DNA from: an uncultured Pelagibacteraceae bacterium | GTDB taxonomy: Bacteria; Pseudomonadota; Alphaproteobacteria; Pelagibacterales; AG-422-B15 | DNA: 64,000 nt | Reading direction: 5' to 3' | NCBI GenBank assembly: GCA_902624455.1 | Contig: CACNXQ010000002.1 | Coordinates: 60,155 to 124,154 of the forward strand | Shown here: piece after piece, positions 56,297 to 64,000 of the stretch | Position numbering within the stretch: the stretch's first letter is position 1 | Layout: every line of letters begins with the position of its first letter | Position numbers and translations under genes: made by a program | Notes under the pieces: model-generated | The model's database searches: none | Seen by the model: only the letters and a program-made list of their open reading frames with translations | What the model was told of the DNA's origin: nothing

Positions 56297-58386
56297 TGAA
56301 TATACTTTACCTAAAGTTAATATATATATTTAATACTTGTTTAGTATTTTTTGTTTTTCTTATTGGCAATAATATCTCTGCTGAACAGAGCGCAATAATA
56401 ATAGCAGATGAAATAAGTACTTATAATACAACTAACATTATTGATGCAAAAGGAGATGTAGTAATTGTAAATCATGATGGCACTAAAATAAAAGCCGATA
56501 AAATTACCTACGACAAACTTGAAAATCGAATAAATGCAGATAATAATATTATAATAAATGATTTACAGGGCAACACCTTCTTTCTTGATGACGCTGTAAC
56601 ATTTGATGGTCTTAAAAAACTTGAAGGTACCAATGTTAAGGCCAGGCTTATAGATGACTCGAGAATTGTTAGTAAAGAAATTTTTAAAAAAGATAATATT
56701 ACTCTACTTACAGATGCAGAATATACTCCTTGTAGTGAAAATAATTATTTAATAGAGAATTGTCCTGGATGGAAACTTAAAGCCAAAAAAATTTATCAAG
56801 ATTCCGAAAGTCAGACTATCTATTACGATCATGCAAAAATATATTTATTTAATGTCCCATTACTATATTTGCCATACTTCGCACACCCTGATCCATCAGT
56901 TAATAAAAGGTCAGGCTTTCTCATGCCAACTATTGAGACTGACAATAATTTAGGGGAAAAATTTAGTATACCATATTTTCTTAATATTGCCGGCAATAGA
57001 GACATAACTTTTACACCAAATTTTCAATCACAAGCAAATAATTTTTACTCGGTAAATTATAGAGAACTTAATGAATTTGGAAATCTTAATATTGATGCAA
57101 GTATTGATGATAACGACGATAACAAAGGTACAAAGAATCATATTTTTGTTGATGCTGATATTAATAATCCTTATGGAAAATTAGATCTTGCAATTAAGAC
57201 GAGCAATAACGATACATATTTGAGGAAAAATAAAATAAATCAGCTTACAGTTCATGAGTCAGGAATAAACTTTAATAGATCTACACAAAATACATATTTA
57301 AATGTAATTGCGTCGTCATATAAACATTTAACCATACAAGATACTAACCAATGGGAATATATTTATCCAAAAATTGAATATAATATTGATAATATTTCTT
57401 ATGACTCTCTAGGAGGAAAATTCTCAATTAATAATGACTTTTCTTACCAAAAAAATTTGGATCAGTCCTATGCATCATTAGCCTCTACTCAAATTAATTG
57501 GTCAGATAGAAAAGTTGATAAAAACTTGGGATTTTTACTAGATAACGAAGCAACATTCAGAATTATTTCAATTTCAAATGATTATAAAGATCAAAAAGAT
57601 ACTGAAAATCTTAGATTTTTTCCACAAATTTCAAGTAAAATATCTTTTCCAATGTTCAGAACCAAAAATAATTCAAATGAGACACTGACGCCAATTATTA
57701 TGCCCATATTAGCTCCGTATAATAATTATACTGATCACAAAAATATTACTAATAGTAATCTTTTTTCTAAAAATCGTGCATCTTCAATTACTGAGTCAGA
57801 AAGTGGCCCTAGAATAAACTACGGAATTGAATGGTTTAATACAAATAAAGACAATTTCGACATAAAAATTGTTGCTGGTCAAAGCTTAAAATTTAATAAA
57901 GAAAGCAATGATACTACTGATGAACTTTCTGACTATTATATAACTTCTAACCTCATTTTTGATGATAATAAATATTTTAATAATTCATTGATTGTTGATA
58001 AAGACAATCACGATGTTAAGACAAGTAATGCAAACTTACTTTTAGCATTAGATAGATTTAGCCTTGGGATTGATTACGATTACAATTCGGGAAAATATTA
58101 TGCTGCAAGTGAACAAATACGAATAGGAAGTAAATTTGAATTTGCGAATCATTTTCAATTTAATTTAAACGGAGCTAGAAATATCGATACCAATAATAAC
58201 ATAGGTTATCAATATGGACTATTATACGAAAATGACTGCATAGGAATTGACCTTAATTATTATAGAGATTTAACAAAAGATAGAGATGTGGCTGAAAGTT
58301 ATGGATATAGTTTTACAGTTGTTTTGAAACCCTTTGGTAGCACAAGACAGTATGGTAATAATAAGGTTTTTGGACCAAAATTATGA
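56296..58386 (+). CDS. lptD: LPS assembly outer-membrane protein LptD
   Basis: GTG start overlapping the lptG stop (TAGTG). OstA-like N-terminal domain, PYFAHPDPSVNKRSGFLMP motif and a large beta-barrel C-terminus; followed by surA and rsmA. Confidence 0.8.
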   Translation: MNILYLKLIYIFNTCLVFFVFLIGNNISAEQSAIIIADEISTYNTTNIIDAKGDVVIVNHDGTKIKADKITYDKLENRINADNNIIINDLQGNTFFLDDAVTFDGLKKLEGTNVKARLIDDSRIVSKEIFKKDNITLLTDAEYTPCSENNYLIENCPGWKLKAKKIYQDSESQTIYYDHAKIYLFNVPLLYLPYFAHPDPSVNKRSGFLMPTIETDNNLGEKFSIPYFLNIAGNRDITFTPNFQSQANNFYSVNYRELNEFGNLNIDASIDDNDDNKGTKNHIFVDADINNPYGKLDLAIKTSNNDTYLRKNKINQLTVHESGINFNRSTQNTYLNVIASSYKHLTIQDTNQWEYIYPKIEYNIDNISYDSLGGKFSINNDFSYQKNLDQSYASLASTQINWSDRKVDKNLGFLLDNEATFRIISISNDYKDQKDTENLRFFPQISSKISFPMFRTKNNSNETLTPIIMPILAPYNNYTDHKNITNSNLFSKNRASSITESESGPRINYGIEWFNTNKDNFDIKIVAGQSLKFNKESNDTTDELSDYYITSNLIFDDNKYFNNSLIVDKDNHDVKTSNANLLLALDRFSLGIDYDYNSGKYYAASEQIRIGSKFEFANHFQFNLNGARNIDTNNNIGYQYGLLYENDCIGIDLNYYRDLTKDRDVAESYGYSFTVVLKPFGSTRQYGNNKVFGPKL

Positions 58387-58994
58387 TTACAAGAATACCT
58401 AAAAAAGTAATTTTGATATTTCTGTTTATCTTTTCTTCTATTGCTTTTGGAGATGAGAATAAATCTAATCGAATAGAAGTTTTAGTGAATGAAAAAATAA
58501 TTACAAAATATGATATTATCCAAAGAATGAGAATGAACGCTATTTTAAAGCGAATAGAAATAAATGAGACTAATTATAAGCAATTAATGGGTGTTGTAGT
58601 CGAAGATTTAGTAGTGGAAAAACTTAAAATTAAAAAAATTGATGAATATAATATTAGTTTTGATAAAGATGAATTTCTCGAACACGAAAATAGATTTTAT
58701 ACAAGTTTGAATTATAAAAAGGAAGATTTAAAAGAGTTACTATCTTTGAATAAAATTAATTATAATAACTTAATAGAATTTATTGAGCTAGAACTAAAAT
58801 GGCAAAAACTTATTTATGGACTATATTTACGAGTTACATCTGTTACAGAGCAAGAAATATTTGATTTGATGAACAAAAATCCTGATATTAGCAGAGAAAC
58901 TGCGAACGATATTATGCTTCAGAAACAATTGGATTTAAAAAGCATGAAACTATTAAAAGACCTTAGAGATGAGGCTACCATTGAATATAAATAA
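58383..58994 (+). CDS. surA: SurA N-terminal domain protein (chaperone module only; no parvulin domains)
   Basis: Signal peptide. NRIEVLVNEKIITKYDI matches the SurA_N start. It is only 203 aa, in the conserved lptD-surA-rsmA position. Confidence 0.65.
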   Translation: MITRIPKKVILIFLFIFSSIAFGDENKSNRIEVLVNEKIITKYDIIQRMRMNAILKRIEINETNYKQLMGVVVEDLVVEKLKIKKIDEYNISFDKDEFLEHENRFYTSLNYKKEDLKELLSLNKINYNNLIEFIELELKWQKLIYGLYLRVTSVTEQEIFDLMNKNPDISRETANDIMLQKQLDLKSMKLLKDLRDEATIEYK

Positions 58995-59766
58995 AAAAGT
59001 AATTGCAAAGAAATCACTTGGACAAAATTTTATATATTGCAACAAGTTTCTTAATAGATTATCTGATAAAATAGTTTCAAATTATAACACCGATATTATT
59101 GAAATTGGACCGGGAACAGGGTCATTAACTGAATATTTAACAAGAAAAAAGTTTAATAAATTAATACTTATTGAGAAAGACTTTCAATTATCAAACAATT
59201 TAAATCAAAAATATTTAAATGAGAAAAATATTGAAGTGCATAATAAAGATGCACTTACATTTGATTTATCAAACCTATCAAAGAACAAAGAAGTTATTAT
59301 CGTAGGCAACCTTCCATTTAATATTTCAAGTCAATTACTTATTAATTGGATCTCTTTTAATAAGTGGCCACCATTTTATAAAAAAATGTATCTAATGTTT
59401 CAAAAGGAGCTAGGTAAAAGGATCATATCTAAAAATAATAATAAAAGTTATGGGAGGTTGAGTATACTCACTCAGTCAAGATGTGACATTAAGGAATTAT
59501 TGGAAGCTCCTGCAAGCATTTTTACTCCAAAGCCAAAAGTTGATGGAATCGTATTAGAATTTACACCAATCGATACATTTAAGAATGTTGATTTAGAAAA
59601 ATTGAAATTAATACTAAAAACTGCATTTAAAAATAGAAGAAAGAAAATTAAAAATTCATTGGGCGAGTATAGTATTTTTTTTGATGATTTGGAGATTAAA
59701 GAAGATATGAGGCCAGAAAATATAGATGTTAAAAAATATTGTTCTTTAGCAAAAAAAGTTAATTAA
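58969..59766 (+). CDS. rsmA: 16S rRNA (adenine1518/1519-N6)-dimethyltransferase
   Basis: KKSLGQNF, EIGPGTGSLT and GNLPFNIS motifs. Confidence 0.9.
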   Translation: MRLPLNINKKVIAKKSLGQNFIYCNKFLNRLSDKIVSNYNTDIIEIGPGTGSLTEYLTRKKFNKLILIEKDFQLSNNLNQKYLNEKNIEVHNKDALTFDLSNLSKNKEVIIVGNLPFNISSQLLINWISFNKWPPFYKKMYLMFQKELGKRIISKNNNKSYGRLSILTQSRCDIKELLEAPASIFTPKPKVDGIVLEFTPIDTFKNVDLEKLKLILKTAFKNRRKKIKNSLGEYSIFFDDLEIKEDMRPENIDVKKYCSLAKKVN

Positions 59767-60361
59767 ATGCTTTTCTTTCTTTTTCTATAATGTTGATTAC
59801 TTTTGCTGTGCATTCTTCAATATCTTCATTTAAAATTATATAATCATATTCATTGGCATGTATCATTTCATTTTCATATTCTAACATTCTTCTCTTTATA
59901 TCTGCAGGACCATCGCCTGTTTCTTTGGATCTTTTTTCCAGCCTCTCAAATACAACTTCTTTTGACGGAGGAACTAAAAAAATAGTTACTATTTTAGCGA
60001 TATTTGACTCTAAAATTTGTGCAGCACCTTGCCAATCTATGTCAAACAAAACATCAAAATCCCCTGATAATATTTTTTTAACGTTTTCTCTTGAAGTTCC
60101 ATAATAATTGCCAAAAACATTAGCGTACTCAATAAAGCTTTTATCAATAATCTTACGATTGAATTCATCGCTTGATATAAAAAAATAATCAACTCCATTT
60201 ATTTCATTATCTCTAGGATCTCTAGTAGTATGTGAAACTGAAAGTTTTATTGTCTTGTCATAATTAATAATTTTTTTACAAATTGATGTTTTGCCTGTAC
60301 CAGACGGTGACGAAATAATAATTAATAATTTATTTTTATAGTCGACAACTCTATTCATCAA
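59759..60361 (-). CDS. gmk: Guanylate kinase
   Basis: P-loop SSPSGTGKTS, TTRDPR and YFFIS motifs. Confidence 0.9.
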   Translation of the reverse strand: MMNRVVDYKNKLLIIISSPSGTGKTSICKKIINYDKTIKLSVSHTTRDPRDNEINGVDYFFISSDEFNRKIIDKSFIEYANVFGNYYGTSRENVKKILSGDFDVLFDIDWQGAAQILESNIAKIVTIFLVPPSKEVVFERLEKRSKETGDGPADIKRRMLEYENEMIHANEYDYIILNEDIEECTAKVINIIEKERKAFN

Positions 60362-61607
60362 ACTTCGAAAACATTAATGATACGTTTGTTCCACCAAAAC
60401 CGAATGAATTTGATATAACATTGTTAGTAATTGTTTGAATTGGTTTATTTTTAATAAATTTTACATTTTTCGAGGGAATTTCTTTTTTTAAATTTAAATT
60501 GTATGGAAGCGTATTATTGATTAGTGATAAGATTGAATATATCGCTTCAACACCGCCTGCGGCACCGAGTAAATGACCTGTTTGAGATTTTGTCGATGAG
60601 ACATATACACCGTCAGTTTCTTCAAAAAGCTTATCAATTGCTTCAGTCTCTGCCTTATCACCTGCAGGCGTAGAAGTGCCGTGCGCATTGATATACTGAA
60701 TGTCTCTAATATTTTTTTTGCCATCTAATATACAATTTTCCATTGCACGATAAGCTCCATCTCCAGTAGGTTCTGGTAAAGTATAGTGATATGCATCTGA
60801 AGACATCCCATATCCAGTAATTTCACACAGGATATTTGCTTTTCTCTTTTTTGCATGCTCCATTTCTTCAAGAATTAATGATGCAGACCCCTCTCCCATG
60901 ACAAATCCATCTCTATTTTCATCAAAAGGTCTTGATGCAAGATGAGGCATATCGTTAAATTTAGTGCTTAATGCTTTACAAGCAACAAAACCCTCGATTC
61001 CTATCGGAGAAATTGTTGCCTCAGTTCCACCAGTTAACATTAAATCAGCTTGTCCATGCTGAATAAGTCGAAAAGACTCGCCTATTGCGTGAGCTGAGGA
61101 AGCGCATGCAGATACAGTAGAGTAACTAGGACCCTTCAAATTATATTTAATCGATAAATATCCAGCGGGCATATTTATAATCCTGCCTGTAATGAAGAAT
61201 GGACTTATTCTTTTTCCTTCATTAAATTCTACTGATGTTGCCTCAATGCCAGGGAGGCCTCCCATGCCAGATCCAATAATGCAACCCGATCTTTTACTTA
61301 ATTTATCACTTATTTTTGATATCTTGCTGTCATTGAAACACTCCTGACTAGAAGCTAGTGAAAATTTGATAAAATCATCAATTTTTTTTATTTCTTTTTT
61401 CTCTATCCATTCCTCTGCTATAAATGAACCAGGTAGATCATTTCCTTTTGGTACCTCACACGCAATTTTACATTTTAGATTTTCAGCATTAAAATTTTTA
61501 ATGTGATTTGCTCCTGAACTACCACTCCTCAGTAATTTCCAATTGTGTGCCACACCACATCCTAATGGGGTAATCATGCCCATCCCAGTGACAACAACTC
61601 TTCTCAT
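60351..61607 (-). CDS. fabF: 3-oxoacyl-ACP synthase II
   Basis: Active-site Cys context VSACASSAHAIG; His motifs NAHGTSTPAGD and KSQTGHLLGAAG. Confidence 0.9.
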   Translation of the reverse strand: MRRVVVTGMGMITPLGCGVAHNWKLLRSGSSGANHIKNFNAENLKCKIACEVPKGNDLPGSFIAEEWIEKKEIKKIDDFIKFSLASSQECFNDSKISKISDKLSKRSGCIIGSGMGGLPGIEATSVEFNEGKRISPFFITGRIINMPAGYLSIKYNLKGPSYSTVSACASSAHAIGESFRLIQHGQADLMLTGGTEATISPIGIEGFVACKALSTKFNDMPHLASRPFDENRDGFVMGEGSASLILEEMEHAKKRKANILCEITGYGMSSDAYHYTLPEPTGDGAYRAMENCILDGKKNIRDIQYINAHGTSTPAGDKAETEAIDKLFEETDGVYVSSTKSQTGHLLGAAGGVEAIYSILSLINNTLPYNLNLKKEIPSKNVKFIKNKPIQTITNNVISNSFGFGGTNVSLMFSKFDE

Positions 61608-61626
61608 AAGTTTTTAATAGTTAGAT

Positions 61627-61857
61627 TTAAGATTCTAGATGTGAAATAGCGTCGCCAACTGTAAGAATTGTCTCTGCTTTTTCATCAGGTATTTCTACAT
61701 CAAATGCTTCCTCGAATGCCATAACTAATTCCACTGTGTCTAAACTATCCGCACCTAAATCATCAATGAATTTTGCATCATCAGTTATTTTTGACATGTC
61801 ATCTATACCTAAATGTTCTGCAATTATTTTTTTTACTTTTTCAGACACTTCGCTCAT
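61627..61857 (-). CDS. acpP: Acyl carrier protein
   Basis: Phosphopantetheine attachment motif [12 protein letters not shown]; 76 aa. Confidence 0.95.
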   Translation of the reverse strand: MSEVSEKVKKIIAEHLGIDDMSKITDDAKFIDDLGADSLDTVELVMAFEEAFDVEIPDEKAETILTVGDAISHLES

Positions 61858-61905
61858 AAAAAAACTCCTATATTTTAAATTTTATCATATGTATTACTTA
61901 AATGC

Positions 61906-62625
61906 TCACATTGTCAAGCCGCCATTAACATGAAGTATTTGTCCAGTAATATATGATGATTCTTCACTGGTAAGAAAGAAAACAGCATTTGCGACGTCAG
62001 AAGCCAACCCGATTTTGCCAGATGGAATTAATTTCACCATATTATCAAGCGATAAAGGATCAATAGTATCTATAATTTCTGTTTTTATGAATCCTGGAGC
62101 AACACAATTAACCGTAATGCCTCTTTTTGCGACTTCATTTGCAATAGTTTTGGTAAATGCCTCTAGAGCGCCCTTAGAGGATACGTAATTAGCTTGTCCT
62201 GGATTACCAATTTTTGCGGCATCTGATGAAATACTTACAATTCTGCCCCATCTATTTTTCATCATTCCTTTTAAAACTAATTTACAAAAAACTGTATGTG
62301 AAATGAAATTAATATTCATAACATCTGTCCAGTCATTATCAGATAATCTGATAAAAAGATTATCTCGAGTTATTCCAGCATTGTTTACAAGTATATTTAT
62401 ATTATTTAAATCTTCTTCATTTTCCTTAAAAATCGATTTGATATCTTCTATGTTTTTCATATCACATGAAAAAACCTTAATCTTATCTTTATATGTATTT
62501 TTTAGATTATCTAATTTCTCTGCATTAGTACCAAAAGCTAAAACAAAATAATTATGAGAAGTATACAATTTTACAAGCTCTGAACCTATGCCTCCTGTAG
62601 CTCCAGTTATGAGAATTTTTTTCAT
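61906..62625 (-). CDS. fabG: 3-oxoacyl-ACP reductase
   Basis: TGATGGIG, NNAG and YVSSK motifs; located between fabD and acpP. Confidence 0.85.
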   Translation of the reverse strand: MKKILITGATGGIGSELVKLYTSHNYFVLAFGTNAEKLDNLKNTYKDKIKVFSCDMKNIEDIKSIFKENEEDLNNINILVNNAGITRDNLFIRLSDNDWTDVMNINFISHTVFCKLVLKGMMKNRWGRIVSISSDAAKIGNPGQANYVSSKGALEAFTKTIANEVAKRGITVNCVAPGFIKTEIIDTIDPLSLDNMVKLIPSGKIGLASDVANAVFFLTSEESSYITGQILHVNGGLTM

Positions 62626-62629
62626 ACTA

Positions 62630-63562
62630 TTATAAGACTTCTAGTTTATCTAAATCTGATAATTTGCCAATGGAAACTGCCTTAATTCCCTCCAGATTTC
62701 TTTTTAACAAATTTGTCAGTACATTTCCTGGACCAATTTCTACAAAAGCTTGAACATTATCTCTTATCATGTTTTGTATTGTTTCTCTCCATCTAACTTT
62801 AGTAACTATTTGCTTTGAAAGCAGTGTCTTTATATTTTTTGAGTCAGATTTTTCAGCAGTAACATTAGAGTAAAGCGGACAAGAAAAACTATTAAAAGTA
62901 AATTTTTCTAATTCTACTTTTAATTTTAAAGATGCATCATTTATTAGTTCGCAATGAAATGGTGCACTCACTGGCAACTTTATTGCTCTTTTTGCTCCTA
63001 ATGATTTTGCATTCTCACATAAGTAGTCAATAGCGCTAATTTCGCCACTCACTACTATTTGACCATCTGCGTTGTCATTAGCAATAAATAATTTTCCATA
63101 AGATTTTAATTTATCAATAATAATCAGAGTCTCTTCTTCTGATTGTCCTAGCACAGCTGCCATTCCTCCTGTACCGATTGGCATACTTTTTTGCATTGCT
63201 TCAGATCTGATTATCAATAACCTAACTGAGTCTTCAAAGCTTAATGAATTATTGGCGACTAAAGCGCTATACTCGCCTAAAGAATGGCCTGCAACACAAT
63301 TTATATTTTTATTGTTGAGAAGACCTCTAGCATTTATTTCTTCCAATATAGCAATACTTACAGACATGATTGCTGGTTGAGAATTGGTTGTTTTTGACAA
63401 TTCCTCCTCTGAACCGTTAAAAATAAGCTCGGACAATTTCTTGCCCATGGTTTCATCTAATTTTTTAAATACTGACTTTGACTCATTTGAATTATCAAAA
63501 AAATCTTGCCCCATCCTTATATATTGGGACCCCTGTCCAGGAAAAATTAATGCTATATTCAT
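62630..63562 (-). CDS. fabD: Malonyl CoA-ACP transacylase
   Basis: FPGQGSQ and active-site GHSLGEYSAL motifs. Confidence 0.9.
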   Translation of the reverse strand: MNIALIFPGQGSQYIRMGQDFFDNSNESKSVFKKLDETMGKKLSELIFNGSEEELSKTTNSQPAIMSVSIAILEEINARGLLNNKNINCVAGHSLGEYSALVANNSLSFEDSVRLLIIRSEAMQKSMPIGTGGMAAVLGQSEEETLIIIDKLKSYGKLFIANDNADGQIVVSGEISAIDYLCENAKSLGAKRAIKLPVSAPFHCELINDASLKLKVELEKFTFNSFSCPLYSNVTAEKSDSKNIKTLLSKQIVTKVRWRETIQNMIRDNVQAFVEIGPGNVLTNLLKRNLEGIKAVSIGKLSDLDKLEVL

Positions 63563-63635
63563 AAAAAGAATTCTTGCTTATAATACAATAATAGAATATT
63601 TATTCATTTTTTATAACTAAGAAATATTTAAATAA

Positions 63636-63962
63636 ATGGCCCTATTCGAACACGTCGTGCTTCTAAAACAAGATCTTAGCTCATCAGATTTAGAAACAGA
63701 AATCAAAAAACATGAAGAGATGATTTCAGAATTTAATGGAAACATCATTTCAAAAGAAAGCTGGGGCCTCAGAAACTTGGCTTATCCAATAAAAAATAAC
63801 AAAAAAGCATTTTATGAACTCATGAATATTGATGTTCCAAATGAAAACATAAAAAAAATCAACGAGAAACTTAATCTAAATGAGAACATAATAAGATATA
63901 TATCTGTTAAGGTTAAAGACTTTAAAGAAGGACCTTCGCCAATGGTAAAAGGAAATGAATAA
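63636..63962 (+). CDS. rpsF: 30S ribosomal protein S6
   Basis: MALFEHVVLLKQDLS start, WGLRNLAYPI motif; 108 aa. Confidence 0.85.
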   Translation: MALFEHVVLLKQDLSSSDLETEIKKHEEMISEFNGNIISKESWGLRNLAYPIKNNKKAFYELMNIDVPNENIKKINEKLNLNENIIRYISVKVKDFKEGPSPMVKGNE

Positions 63963-64000
63963 TGAAAAAACAAACTGACGATAATTCCTCTAATAGTTTT
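63962..64000 (+). CDS. Start of a further CDS (MKKQTDDNSSNSF...), possibly ribosomal protein S18; truncated by the window end
   Basis: The ATG overlaps the rpsF stop (TAATG). rpsF-rpsR adjacency is common, but 13 codons are not diagnostic. Confidence 0.3.
   Translation, partial: MKKQTDDNSSNSF

Overview
Very AT-rich (about 30% GC by eye; sampled lines range from about 22% to 43%) and extremely gene-dense bacterial chromosomal segment. Many genes have 1-4 nt start/stop overlaps of the TAATG or ATGA type. Alphaproteobacterial hallmarks are an NDUFA12-like + DUF2155 gene pair, DUF1192, a long class II RNR NrdJ, hdaA / CDP-alcohol transferase / DUF2066 divergent from purMN, and the lptD-surA-rsmA and fabD-fabG-acpP-fabF blocks. 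This fits a streamlined marine Pelagibacterales-like genome (inference; no rRNA in the window). From about 19.4 kb to 64 kb the content is almost entirely recognisable housekeeping: a cysE-rrf2-sufBCDS-sufU-msrB-sufT operon, anmK, tyrS, an AsmA-like protein, prfB with its programmed +1 frameshift, mrcA, rne, a BepA-like M48 peptidase, aroQ-accB-accC, nrdJ with candidate NrdR boxes, aspS, rnd, purMN, ndk, pepA, lptFG, lptD, gmk, the fab genes and rpsF. From about 3.7 kb to 19.3 kb there is a looser accessory-like block adjacent to the 3' end of tRNA-Lys(UUU). It holds many short genes of unknown function, frequent strand switches and several exported proteins. It also holds a possible lipid-modification set (membrane desaturase + flavin reductase + CFA-synthase-like methyltransferase), a micro-gene cluster, and the only long non-coding gap in the window (14.85-15.17 kb), which is densely structured and ends in a strong terminator. 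I saw no CRISPR array, IS element, integrase, prophage or recognisable defence system. The best candidates for something undescribed are the structured orphan RNA locus with its flanking micro-genes and the small operons of the accessory block. All functional proposals for these are inference from motifs and gene context.
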